Shown here one piece after another: positions 17,918-27,471 of a DNA stretch of 36,621 nucleotides. How positions within the stretch are numbered: the first letter of the stretch is position 1; each line of letters starts with the position of its first letter. Source of the stretch: Nitrososphaerota archaeon. GTDB lineage: Archaea; Thermoproteota; Nitrososphaeria_A; Caldarchaeales; Calditenuaceae. A program made the translations under genes and the position numbers. The notes below the pieces were generated by a model. It was not told where the DNA came from and searched no databases. It was given only the letters and a program-made list of their open reading frames with translations. The stretch is from the NCBI GenBank assembly GCA_038845265.1, contig JAWBQR010000011.1, positions 1-36,621 of the forward strand, given 5' to 3'.

Positions 17918-18496
17918 CTATTGCTCTGGCTGTTCGTAGGTGATGAGTCCTAACTTGTTAAGCTCCTCGGTAAGCTTGTTGATTGCTTCGTATACTTCTC
18001 GTTCATACTTTGCTCCAGTGCATACTAGTTTTCCACTCGCAAACATCAGTATGACTACTTTTGGAGAAGACATCCTATAGATGAGTCCCGGAAACTGCTC
18101 AGGCTCATACATAACGTTCTCGAGTTTCTGCGCAGCATTCTCTAAATTTATCTGGCCCCTGAGATCGATCGATGCGACTATGTTCTGAATCTCAATTATG
18201 GGTTCCTCACGTATCAAGAAGTTATACTTCTTCAATAACTTGACAACGGTCTTGACTGCCTTGATCGCCTCATCTTCACTCTTAGCACCAGTACACACCA
18301 TCTTGCCACTACTAAAGATGAGAGTGGCCGTCTTCGGCTTGGCTAGCCTAAAGACTAGGCCTGGAAATTGTGCAGGCTTATACTCAACCTCGGGGAACGC
18401 ATTCTGAATTGCTTGGAGATCGAGCCTCTGATTTAGAGTAACCGAGGCGACGACGTTCTGTATCTCTATTTTAGGTTCTGGATATTTTGAGGACAT
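17918..18496 (-). CDS. tbp: TATA-box-binding protein
   Basis: Two repeats of IQN[VI]VAS...Y-x-P-x-QFPGL...F-x-SGK-x-VCTGAK. Confidence 0.99.
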   Translation of the reverse strand: MSSKYPEPKIEIQNVVASVTLNQRLDLQAIQNAFPEVEYKPAQFPGLVFRLAKPKTATLIFSSGKMVCTGAKSEDEAIKAVKTVVKLLKKYNFLIREEPIIEIQNIVASIDLRGQINLENAAQKLENVMYEPEQFPGLIYRMSSPKVVILMFASGKLVCTGAKYEREVYEAINKLTEELNKLGLITYEQPEQ

Positions 18497-18599
18497 CTCT
18501 ATTTATATACCCCCTTATAAAACTGAGGAGAGTCATATTTAAGGCTTGAAAACTATACATCGTGGAAAAATCGCCCTTATTCCCGATTTATCCATTCTT

Positions 18600-19028
18600 T
18601 TAACGGCGTGGCTTCTTTACCTTGCCTAGGACTAGAAGTTTTAGGGGTACACCGTTGACCATGCTTACTTCATATCTGACGCCAGGTAGGTCGCCATAAC
18701 TCTTTCCAAGCGTTCCTCCGATTCCCTGGATAATTACCTCGTCATGTTCGTCGACCACGTTAAGCGCGCCATCGCCAGGCAGAAACGCGGTGACTACTTT
18801 TCCATTCTTAATCAACTGAACCCTAACACATTTCCTGACAGCGCTGTTGGGCTGCCTCGACTCGATTCCCTTCTTCTCAATGACGATTCCACGAGCCATA
18901 GGTGCCCCCTCGAGTGGATCAAATTTTTCCTTCAGCTTTAGCATTCTCACTCGATATCTACGTTGACTCCACCTAAACCTTTTTCTGACCTTGATTAAAC
19001 TTCGTGCCGCGTATTCTCCGTTTCCCAT
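18600..19028 (-). CDS. rps12: 30S ribosomal protein uS12
   Basis: [45 protein letters not shown]. Confidence 0.99.
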   Translation of the reverse strand: MGNGEYAARSLIKVRKRFRWSQRRYRVRMLKLKEKFDPLEGAPMARGIVIEKKGIESRQPNSAVRKCVRVQLIKNGKVVTAFLPGDGALNVVDEHDEVIIQGIGGTLGKSYGDLPGVRYEVSMVNGVPLKLLVLGKVKKPRR

Positions 19029-19101
19029 TCTTCAAAGATTGTCATTGATGGATTATTTAAGGCTTAATGCTCCGCGAATATCGAATAGACTCTCCGCTGA
19101 C

Positions 19102-20115
19102 TTATTCCCTATATGTCGACTTCAGGTATGGAATGACGTGTTTTCCATACATAGCAATTGTCTTACGCTCATCAGGGCTTGAGCTCGTTACATGAATGTT
19201 CCTGAATCCCAGCCTCAGGTATTTCTCGATATGTCTAATGTGGTCGTCAGGCGATGTCCCTATCATCCATGCCTTCTTGATGTGCTCATCACCTACAAGT
19301 TTGCCATAGGACTCGATCTCCCTCGGGTCATATATCGGATACTTGAACATGAATGGTAAGAGTGTTGCTGACCAGCATTTGACCGACCTCAAGGCAGCGT
19401 CATAATCCTCATCATATGAAACGTAGACCTCAACAGCCATATCTATCTCGTCAATGCTGCGGCCCGCCTGCTCCGCTCCCCTCTTAACCGCAGGAAATAA
19501 CACCTCGCGATAATGACTCTCCTCAAGCGGTATCGTCAAGAAGCCATCCGCAAGCCTCCCGGCCAGCTCAGCGACAGTCGGCCCGCTCGCTGCTACATAG
19601 ATAGGAATATGCCCAGCTGGGCGAGTGTAGAGGTTCGCCCTCCTGAGTGTGTAGTACTTTCCCTTGAAATCGACGAAGTTCTCCGTCCAGAGCTTTCTAA
19701 TCACTTTTATCGCCTCCTCAAGCATCTCGACCCTAGTCTTGAACGGAGGCCAAGAACAGCCAACTGGGACCTCGTTCATCGCCTCGCCAGTGCCAAGACC
19801 TAGGAAGATTCTGCCAGGATACATTGAGTCAAGCGTCGCGAATGCCTGAGCAACTATCGCTGGATTGTACCTCATCGTCGGGCACGTAACTCCGGTTCCA
19901 AACGAGAGCCTGCCGGTCCGCTCAGCGGCGGAGGCGATCCAGACCCATGCAAAGCCACCGGCAGCATTTGTGTGAAACCAAGGATGAAAATGATCGCTGC
20001 ACCATATCGAGTCAAACCCAGCCCTCTCTGCCTCAGGAACTAGGCTGAGGAGATAGCTCGGCTGGTACTGCTCCATCGAAGCAGTAAGTCCAATCCTCAA
20101 CAATCCGTGAGGCAT
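19102..20115 (-). CDS. F420-dependent LLM-class oxidoreductase (F420 glucose-6-phosphate dehydrogenase-like)
   Basis: EQY-x-P, SDHFHPW, GTGVTCPTMRYNPAIVAQAFATL, GLGTGEAMNE, AASGP. Confidence 0.9.
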   Translation of the reverse strand: MPHGLLRIGLTASMEQYQPSYLLSLVPEAERAGFDSIWCSDHFHPWFHTNAAGGFAWVWIASAAERTGRLSFGTGVTCPTMRYNPAIVAQAFATLDSMYPGRIFLGLGTGEAMNEVPVGCSWPPFKTRVEMLEEAIKVIRKLWTENFVDFKGKYYTLRRANLYTRPAGHIPIYVAASGPTVAELAGRLADGFLTIPLEESHYREVLFPAVKRGAEQAGRSIDEIDMAVEVYVSYDEDYDAALRSVKCWSATLLPFMFKYPIYDPREIESYGKLVGDEHIKKAWMIGTSPDDHIRHIEKYLRLGFRNIHVTSSSPDERKTIAMYGKHVIPYLKSTYRE

Positions 20116-20151
20116 TATCCTAAATACTGAATGCAGAATAATTTATTCTTT

Positions 20152-20883
20152 TCATGTCCCCAAGACTAAAATCAAGACTCCTATCACTATCAATAACATC
20201 CCCATCAATCTCTTGAGCATATCCTGCCTTAGTCTCTTCGAGCCCAGGAAACTTCCTATCGATGCGCCGAATATAATGAATGGCAACATCAATAATATCA
20301 ACATATTGAGATTAGTCGGAGAGTTACTAGCCAAGACCTTGCCTAACAGTCCTGAAGACGAGTTGAGAAGTATGAAGACCGTCGTTGTCGCGGCAATCTG
20401 TTTAGGAGACGCCTCACCTGAAAAGAATAGGAAGGGAGAGAGATATATGCCGCCGCCGATCCCCGTTATTCCTGCCAAGAGCCCTATAATAGCTCCGACT
20501 AAGACCTTCATGGATTCTTTTATCCTTCTTGGCCTGACATTTGTGAGGACTATGAATATGCCGGAGATAATTATTGCGCTACTGATGATTATTCTCAGCC
20601 AATAATCACTTATTCTTAGTTGTCCTCCGAGAAATGCTAGAGGGACCGCGCCGACAACATACCAAGCCATACTCCTTTCAAGATGCATACGCCAACGGAG
20701 AAGTGAGGCTGCTGCCGAAGCGGCATTAAATAGTAATCCATAGAAGCTTGCCTCAAACGGCTTGAGTCCAAGCAACAATAGCATCGCAACAAATGCAGAA
20801 CCACCAGAAAATCCCGCAGAGGTGTAGACAATCGTTATAATAGATAGTAAAAGAATTATTATGACTTGCCCTATGGTGATCAT
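20152..20883 (-). CDS. TauE/SafE (TSUP) family membrane transporter
   Basis: Duplicated AGFSGGS / TGIGGGIYLSP motifs, about 8 TM segments. Confidence 0.9.
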   Translation of the reverse strand: MITIGQVIIILLLSIITIVYTSAGFSGGSAFVAMLLLLGLKPFEASFYGLLFNAASAAASLLRWRMHLERSMAWYVVGAVPLAFLGGQLRISDYWLRIIISSAIIISGIFIVLTNVRPRRIKESMKVLVGAIIGLLAGITGIGGGIYLSPFLFFSGEASPKQIAATTTVFILLNSSSGLLGKVLASNSPTNLNMLILLMLPFIIFGASIGSFLGSKRLRQDMLKRLMGMLLIVIGVLILVLGT

Positions 20884-22073
20884 TTCTCCACCATCGTCAC
20901 TTCCTTTTTTACTATTGATGCACCGCCATATCTATAGGTTCGTCCTCTCCAATTCAGGTTGACTCCTCCCAACCGATACCTCAAAGCGACGAAGAGAAGA
21001 GCATAGAGAATTATTAAGACTGATAGAATGACTAGCGGGAAATAATAGATCGGGGCCCTCAGTCTCTTTAATTCGAAGGCCTGGATAAAAAAGATAAGCA
21101 GTAAGGGAATAATCGAGAGAATAGACGCAAGGGTTAGCGTCTCCATAAAGATGCCATAAAGAGCCAATGCAACCGGCAGCAACATGAATATCAATCCTGC
21201 CAGTAGGTACTTCAATATCCTTCTAACTCCGGCACCCACGGCGTACTCGGTGAATAATCTCAATAGAGCATTTAGGTAGCCATTGAATGTCTCATTGAAT
21301 TTTGCCCGCATCCTCTCACGGCCGTCAAGCAAAAGAACTCTGAACCCTCTAGATTTTGTCAGTTCTCCTAGGCTCTTGTCCTCGAGTATATGGTCTCTGA
21401 CTGCAGCATGGCCACCGACTGATTCATAAACATCTCGCCTGAAGAGCATGTATGAGCCATAGAAGAATGCAAGCTTGTCATTTGGATCATTACTCCTGCG
21501 TGGAGGGGTCAATAGATACATCAGTGCGGTGAGTGTCGGCAACATGGCCTTGGATGCGAGCGAGCTAGTGTCAAGCATTGGAATTAACGAGAGGGCGTCT
21601 ATGCCGTTATGAGTGGCATAAGCAAGTGTGTCACTGACTACATATCGGTCATTGAAGGAGGCGTCGGCGTCGATGAATAGTAGCCAGTCTCCACTTGACT
21701 CTAAGTATCCTCGGTGGCAAGTCCAACTCTTCCCGACCCACCCCTCCCTGGGGCTGCCAATTCTGATAAGCCTCACTCCATAGCTGAGATAATTACTTAT
21801 AACGACTGATGAAGTATCGTCTTCAGATGCGTCATCAACTACTATGACTTCCTTCTTTACTCCTTCTTGATTGAGCACGGCTTCAATGCATCTAGATATT
21901 GTTTTCTCCTCGTTTCTTGCGGGAATTATGACCGAGACTACGGCGTCTCTATTGCTGCCTCCCTGTCTCTCAAGTTTTGTTATGAATTTCTCTTCACTTA
22001 TTCTTTTCATTATAGATGCTATGCAGATAATTGTTAGGAATAATGAGACTGTGATTATGAAAAACTCTAGCAT
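20880..22073 (-). CDS. Membrane-anchored GT2 glycosyltransferase (CrtQ/CruC/HpnB-like)
   Basis: VIIPARNEE, VVDDASED-x-T, GWVGKSWTC, FIDAD, GGHAAVR-x2-ILED, C-terminal WRGRTY; N- and C-terminal TM helices. Confidence 0.88.
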   Translation of the reverse strand: MLEFFIITVSLFLTIICIASIMKRISEEKFITKLERQGGSNRDAVVSVIIPARNEEKTISRCIEAVLNQEGVKKEVIVVDDASEDDTSSVVISNYLSYGVRLIRIGSPREGWVGKSWTCHRGYLESSGDWLLFIDADASFNDRYVVSDTLAYATHNGIDALSLIPMLDTSSLASKAMLPTLTALMYLLTPPRRSNDPNDKLAFFYGSYMLFRRDVYESVGGHAAVRDHILEDKSLGELTKSRGFRVLLLDGRERMRAKFNETFNGYLNALLRLFTEYAVGAGVRRILKYLLAGLIFMLLPVALALYGIFMETLTLASILSIIPLLLIFFIQAFELKRLRAPIYYFPLVILSVLIILYALLFVALRYRLGGVNLNWRGRTYRYGGASIVKKEVTMVEK

Positions 22074-22158
22074 TCCTTTTCAAATAGTATTTTTCGAATA
22101 ATTATAGCTTGACTGATTAATCGAGTACGCCTTAAATAATACTGATGAGGAATGAATT

Positions 22159-22491
22159 GTGAGTATGAGTACTGCGGGATGTGAAAGACCAACATTGGAG
22201 AAGATAATGGATGCGCTGAAGACGTGCTATGACCCAGAGATACCTGTCAACATAGTTGACCTAGGATTAATCTATGACGTGCAGATAAGGGATGATAATT
22301 CTGTCTACATAAAGATGACGCTCACAGCCCCCGGATGCCCGATTGGCTTCTTCCTAGTTGAGAGAGTGAAGGATACGGTAAAATCTGCCTGTCCATCGGT
22401 CTCAGACGTCGAGGTCGACCTTGTCTTTGACCCACCATGGACTCCTGACCGCATGTCAGACGAAGCAAAGGAATTACTTGGATTCATTTAG
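22159..22491 (+). CDS. DUF59/SufT-like metal-sulfur cluster assembly factor
   Basis: DPEIPVNIVDLGLIY, MTLTAPGCP, FDPPWTPDRMS. Confidence 0.95.
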   Translation: MSMSTAGCERPTLEKIMDALKTCYDPEIPVNIVDLGLIYDVQIRDDNSVYIKMTLTAPGCPIGFFLVERVKDTVKSACPSVSDVEVDLVFDPPWTPDRMSDEAKELLGFI

Positions 22492-22545
22492 ATGTAATAA
22501 AAATAGAAATACTGCGGACAACTCATCATTATTAGGGCTCTTAAA

Positions 22546-22920
22546 TTGGCTAGAGGAGAACGAGGGTTAGTTCCTTATATATCAAGGACTGAAAGCGTCG
22601 CATACCGGCATCTTACCAAGAAGCTGACAGTTGAGACGCTCTGGATATATGTCTTGTCACTGCTAACTAATGGACCGTTATATGGATATGAGTTCCCAGT
22701 TAAGATTGAGGAGAAGTTTGGCTTTAGGCCAAACAAGATTACTTGCTATGTTGTCCTCTACAGATTATACCAGGAAGGGCTAATCAAGGAGGAGAAAAAA
22801 ATGCATAGCAATGAAGGACCAATGAGGAAGTATTATCAGATAACGGAGAAAGGGATGAGGGAGCTTGAGAATGCTGTTGCCTTTTTGAGAAGGGTCGCAG
22901 ACGTCATCACGCCGAGTTAA
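22546..22920 (+). CDS. PadR-family transcriptional regulator
   Basis: LSLL-x-NGPLYGYE, Y-x-VLYRL-x2-EGLI, GP-x-RKYY-x-ITEKG. Confidence 0.92.
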   Translation: MARGERGLVPYISRTESVAYRHLTKKLTVETLWIYVLSLLTNGPLYGYEFPVKIEEKFGFRPNKITCYVVLYRLYQEGLIKEEKKMHSNEGPMRKYYQITEKGMRELENAVAFLRRVADVITPS

Positions 22921-22953
22921 TGGTTATTTAGTAGTCTATCAATATAAAATACT

Positions 22954-24033
22954 ATGCCAAAGATTAAGGTAGCGATAGTCGGGGTCGGTAACTGTGCCTC
23001 GGCATTAGTCCAAGGCGTTGAATATTATAAGAACGCTCCTGACGACGAGTTCATCCCTGGACTAATGCATGTCCGAATAGGCGAATATCATGTTGGAGAT
23101 ATTGAATTTGTCGCTGCATTCGACATAGATAAGAGAAAGGTCGGAAAGGACCTTTCGGAAGCAATCTTTACACCTCCAAACTGCACATACAAGTTTGCAG
23201 ACGTGCCGAGGCTAGGAGTAGAGGTAATGAGAGGAATGACTCATGATAGTATTGGAAAATACTTAAAGGACGTAATTATCAAGGATGAATCCCCCACCGT
23301 CGATGTGGCCGATGTATTAAAGTCTAACAATACCGACGTGATGATTAACTTTCTACCAGTCGGAAGTGAGTCAGCTACCAAGTGGTACATCGAGCAGGCA
23401 CTCGAGGCAAGGGTCGGAGTGGTCAATGCCATTCCAGTATTCATAGCCCGCGAAAAGCGATGGAGAACAATCTTCGAGAAGCGCGGAGTACCAGTGGTCG
23501 GCGATGATATCAAGAGCCAATTGGGCGCCACAATTCTCCATAGAGTCCTTGCAAGACTCTTCGTAGAGAGGGGAGTAAAGATAGACAGGTCATACCAATT
23601 AAACTTTGGGGGCAACACAGACTTCCTAAACATGCTCGAGAGGGAGAGGCTTGCATCGAAAAAAGAATCCAAGACTTCGGCGGTAACCTCAATAATACCC
23701 TACAAGATCAATGAGAACGATATCCACATAGGCCCAAGCGACTATGTCCCTTGGCTAGAGGATAGGAAATGGGCATACATACGTATTGAGGGGAGAAACT
23801 TTGGGGGAGCACCTCTCTCAGTCGAGGTAAAGCTCGAGGTCTGGGACTCTCCCAACTCAGCAGGCGTCGCAATAGATGCAATTAGATGCGTAAAACTCGC
23901 ATTGGACAGAGGCGTATCAGGAGCACTTATCTCTCCATCGGCATACTTAATGAAGTCACCGCCAGAACAGTATCCAGACGATGTCGCGAGGAGAATGGTG
24001 GAGGAGTTTATCGAGGGAAAGAGGGAGCGATAA
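22954..24033 (+). CDS. ino1: myo-Inositol-1-phosphate synthase
   Basis: [56 protein letters not shown]. Confidence 0.97.
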   Translation: MPKIKVAIVGVGNCASALVQGVEYYKNAPDDEFIPGLMHVRIGEYHVGDIEFVAAFDIDKRKVGKDLSEAIFTPPNCTYKFADVPRLGVEVMRGMTHDSIGKYLKDVIIKDESPTVDVADVLKSNNTDVMINFLPVGSESATKWYIEQALEARVGVVNAIPVFIAREKRWRTIFEKRGVPVVGDDIKSQLGATILHRVLARLFVERGVKIDRSYQLNFGGNTDFLNMLERERLASKKESKTSAVTSIIPYKINENDIHIGPSDYVPWLEDRKWAYIRIEGRNFGGAPLSVEVKLEVWDSPNSAGVAIDAIRCVKLALDRGVSGALISPSAYLMKSPPEQYPDDVARRMVEEFIEGKRER

Positions 24034-24034
24034 G

Positions 24035-25135
24035 CTAGTTATGCTGCTTAGCGCCCCACCAGCCTAATAACCTAGAAACAATCATCTTCGAATAACAAGC
24101 ATTAAGCCTACTGTACTTCACTGCCTCTAATAATTCATAGAAAAGCTCCTCTACTCTTTCATCAATATTAATCGGCTTGAAATTATTGAATAGATCAGCT
24201 CTATCTATCAACGAGGGATTTATCCCTAGTAGCTTATTTGCACATATTGCCAAGAATCTCAGAGTCTCAGCACCGATTCCCTTCACTGATAAAAGCTCCT
24301 CAAAGTCTCTGAGCGATAAGCCATGAATCAAGCTAATGGTTTTCCAGTTTATCTTGACAGGCATCTTTAGAGGATTCTCATCACCAACTTGCCCAACACC
24401 AATCAAGGAGTTCAGAGTCATCTGTGATGGAGGAACAACAGCATTAAAGACGTTCCTTAACCTATTTATTGGAAGCGTAAGCGTCTCTAGTGTAGCCTCC
24501 CGGAGAGACTCATTTTCATGAAGCGTGAAATCCAGTGAGTACCTATTGAGCACGTCAGAAAGTAGCCCCGTATGGGGCTCATCTACAAAGCTCCTATTTA
24601 CTACTCTGCCAGAAAACCAGTGATAAATTCTATTAAGCGTCGACTTACATCCAATTTGAATAACTGCCCAATTAGCGTTTCGAGAGAATATGAATACGTG
24701 GAGCCAGAGCCTGTAACCATCTTGGACAGCGGCATCATCAATCTTTGCGACAATTCTGCTACTGTAAATCAACCGCTGAATAGAAAAGGGCGCAAGCCCC
24801 ATCTCCTCTCCAATATGCTCGATCTCCTTTGGGACGACAAATCTCTCAGTGAATGCGCCTCCAGCAATCCCTACCCCCATCTCGACCTTGACAGAGTCTT
24901 TCAAAGCAGTGAGGACGTATAATATGGAATTAGTATTAAATTCATCGAGCCCCGCAGAGATGCATAAAGCCGAGAATCCAGCAGGATTACCGACAAGCTC
25001 TACAAAATCATCCTCTCCGAAATATCCAATAAACGAGTCAGTAATTGTCCTAACATTAAGAAGAACTCTATTATAGAGTTGTTTGCTAAACCTATCTGTT
25101 GATCCCTCTAGGTCTCTTACTCCCGTCCTATACAA
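24035..25135 (-). CDS. Divergent DUF763-like protein
   Basis: Retains RTG-x2-DL, SR-x-VAKID-x2-AVQDGY, W-x-V-x-Q-x-G, R-x-YHW, F-x-DEPH, F-E-E-LL-x2-KGIG-x2-T-x-R (HhH-like). Confidence 0.72.
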   Translation of the reverse strand: MYRTGVRDLEGSTDRFSKQLYNRVLLNVRTITDSFIGYFGEDDFVELVGNPAGFSALCISAGLDEFNTNSILYVLTALKDSVKVEMGVGIAGGAFTERFVVPKEIEHIGEEMGLAPFSIQRLIYSSRIVAKIDDAAVQDGYRLWLHVFIFSRNANWAVIQIGCKSTLNRIYHWFSGRVVNRSFVDEPHTGLLSDVLNRYSLDFTLHENESLREATLETLTLPINRLRNVFNAVVPPSQMTLNSLIGVGQVGDENPLKMPVKINWKTISLIHGLSLRDFEELLSVKGIGAETLRFLAICANKLLGINPSLIDRADLFNNFKPINIDERVEELFYELLEAVKYSRLNACYSKMIVSRLLGWWGAKQHN

Positions 25136-25231
25136 GCTTAAGCAAAGAATAAGGTTCTCATATATATTTTATCAGTTAAAAAAAACTATAGAAATTTAAC
25201 AAAAATAATGTAACACTACGAGGATAATACT

Positions 25232-25471
25232 CTAAATCTTGACCTCGCTCTCCATTAATAATTTCTTTAACGGAATGTCCTCGTATGTCCCATCTGGATA
25301 CTTTCTCCGAATAATTATGGGCAAGACGCCGCTCTCAAGCTCCCTCTTAGCGATCGTGAATGGAGTATCATCAGGACGCGGCTCAACCAGTGGAAAGGCA
25401 CCTAGAGATATCTGTAGGGCCCTGCTACCAATAATCCTCGTAATCTCATATTTCGTTAATCCTTTATGCAA
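25232..25471 (-). CDS. rpoK: DNA-directed RNA polymerase subunit Rpo6 (K)
   Basis: LTKYEITRIIGSRALQISLGA, IAKREL-x2-GVLPIIIRR-x2-PDG. Confidence 0.97.
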   Translation of the reverse strand: MHKGLTKYEITRIIGSRALQISLGAFPLVEPRPDDTPFTIAKRELESGVLPIIIRRKYPDGTYEDIPLKKLLMESEVKI

Positions 25472-25484
25472 AGTCAGCCTTCAC

Positions 25485-27146
25485 TTAGTCGAAGCTGCTA
25501 CTAGTCTCTTCTCCGGACTCTTCTTCTTTCTCCTTCTTCTTTCCTTCCTTTTCTGAGAGCTTCGAAGCAGCGATTATGTCATCGATCTTGAGGATCATCG
25601 AGGCCGCTTCAATCGCCGATTTAATGACCTGCTTCTTAACTATTACTGGATCAATCACGTTTACTTGCATCATATCATGTAGCCTATTGCTAAGCACGTC
25701 GACGCCATACCACTTCTGCCCCTCTTTATGCTTCGACCTGAGGGTGACAATACTCTCAATAGGGTCGAGACCAGCGTTCTCGGCAAGCTGGACCGGCACA
25801 ATCTCAATCGCCTCAGCGAACTTCTCAACCGCTAGCTGCTCCTTTCCAGGCAGGCTCTTAGCATAGTCCCTGAGGTGAAGAGCCACTTCAATCTCTGGTG
25901 CACCACCGCCAGCCACAATCTTCGGCTCCTGTAAAACGTCCTTAACAACATTTATCGCGTCCTTAATCGATCTCTCAGCCTCATCAACAATTCTCTGAGT
26001 GCCTCCACGAATCAGTATCGTGACGGATCTTGGATTCTCACATCCCTCGACGAAGACCATCTTGTCTTCCCCTACTCTTCGCTCTTCCACCAGAGCGGCC
26101 TTGCCTAAATCTTCAGGAGTGATATCATCAATTCTACTAACGACCCTCCCGCCTGTCGCCTTTGCTAGTTTATCCATATCGCTCTTCTTTATCCTTCTGA
26201 CAGCCATTATGCCCTTCCTCGCCAAGAAGTGCTGTGCTAAGTCATCAATGCCCTTCTGGCAGAGCACAACGTTCGCGCCGACTGACGCAACCTTCTCAAC
26301 CATCTGCTTCAGCATCTCCTCTTCCTGCTGCATGAATGCCCTCATCTGCTCAGGCGACTCGATGTTTAACTTAGCATCAAACTCGGTCTTCTCGATCTCC
26401 AGCGACGCGTCAAGCAGAGCTATCTTCGCATTCCTAACCAGCTTAGGCATGTCCGGGTGGACGACCTCCTTGTCAAGTACTATTCCATCAATGAGTCTAG
26501 TATCCATTATTGATCCGCCTTCCTTCTTCTCTAGCTTAATGTCATCGAGGTCGACCTTCATCTTGCCATCATACCTCTCAGCCACACGCAGAACCGCATT
26601 GACTGCTAGCTCCGCCAGGAAATCAGCGTACTCGGATACAAGCTTGCTGATCAATGCTGTCTTAGCTATCCTCATGAGGGATGCCCTATCATTTACATTG
26701 ACTTCTACTCCTATCTTGTCCAGATAGCTTATTGCCTCGCTTGCGGCCTTCTTGTACCCTTCGATTATGATTGATGGATGTACCTCCTTATCGATGAGCT
26801 CTTCTGCCTTAGCAAGTAGTTCTCCAGCCACCACGACGCTTGTTGTTGTTCCATCTCCTACTTCCTCGTCCTGTGCCTTGGCGACCTCAACAAGCATCTT
26901 AGCCACTGGGTGCTCGACGTCCATCTCCTTCAGAATTGTTGCACCATCATTCGTGATCACGATATCGCCGAAACTATCGACAAGCATCTTGTCCATACCC
27001 CGCGGGCCTAGCGAGGACTTCATAGTCTCTGCGATAACCTTCGCAACCATAATATTCGCGGACTGTGCCTCTCTTCCCCTAGTCCGCTGTGTTCCCTCCT
27101 TCAAAATTATAACTGGAGTTCCCTGACTACCTGGAGCTGCTGCCAT
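25485..27146 (-). CDS. ths: Thermosome (group II chaperonin) subunit
   Basis: [36 protein letters not shown]. Confidence 0.98.
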   Translation of the reverse strand: MAAAPGSQGTPVIILKEGTQRTRGREAQSANIMVAKVIAETMKSSLGPRGMDKMLVDSFGDIVITNDGATILKEMDVEHPVAKMLVEVAKAQDEEVGDGTTTSVVVAGELLAKAEELIDKEVHPSIIIEGYKKAASEAISYLDKIGVEVNVNDRASLMRIAKTALISKLVSEYADFLAELAVNAVLRVAERYDGKMKVDLDDIKLEKKEGGSIMDTRLIDGIVLDKEVVHPDMPKLVRNAKIALLDASLEIEKTEFDAKLNIESPEQMRAFMQQEEEMLKQMVEKVASVGANVVLCQKGIDDLAQHFLARKGIMAVRRIKKSDMDKLAKATGGRVVSRIDDITPEDLGKAALVEERRVGEDKMVFVEGCENPRSVTILIRGGTQRIVDEAERSIKDAINVVKDVLQEPKIVAGGGAPEIEVALHLRDYAKSLPGKEQLAVEKFAEAIEIVPVQLAENAGLDPIESIVTLRSKHKEGQKWYGVDVLSNRLHDMMQVNVIDPVIVKKQVIKSAIEAASMILKIDDIIAASKLSEKEGKKKEKEEESGEETSSSFD

Positions 27147-27327
27147 TCCAGATTCACCGACACTTAATATATATGCTCCTTTTTATATACTCTTCACAGA
27201 CAATTATTATTAGAATTTTTGAGAATTAGTATTTGGATCTTTGGCTAAATTACTTTTTAGTGATTTTCGACGAGTGACTTAGCTAGTGTTTATATGTGAG
27301 GAGAGTATTTGATTAAACGATTTGATC

Positions 27328-27471
27328 ATGAAACTGATAAGTGTCAAGCTTCCTGAAGCACTCATCGAGGGTATGGATGAGCTTGTTAGAAGAGGAGTTT
27401 ATCCAAGCAGATCAGCTATCTTGAGAACAGCAGTGAGAGACTTACTGAAGCGTGAACTATGGAATCAATGA
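27328..27471 (+). CDS. Small ribbon-helix-helix (CopG/CdrS-like) regulator, 47 aa; not in ORF track
   Basis: Manual translation MKLISVKLPEALIEGMDELVRRGVYPSRSAILRTAVRDLLKRELWNQ*; TATA-like TTTATAT upstream. Confidence 0.92.
   Translation: MKLISVKLPEALIEGMDELVRRGVYPSRSAILRTAVRDLLKRELWNQ

Noticed and set aside
22456-22529. Possible minus-strand C/D box sRNA (ATGATGA...CTGA)
   Set aside because: The 74-nt span is long, there are no convincing internal D'/C' boxes, and it overlaps the DUF59 coding end
25576-27126. Long + strand ORFs opposite the thermosome gene
   Set aside because: Typical antisense shadows of a conserved gene
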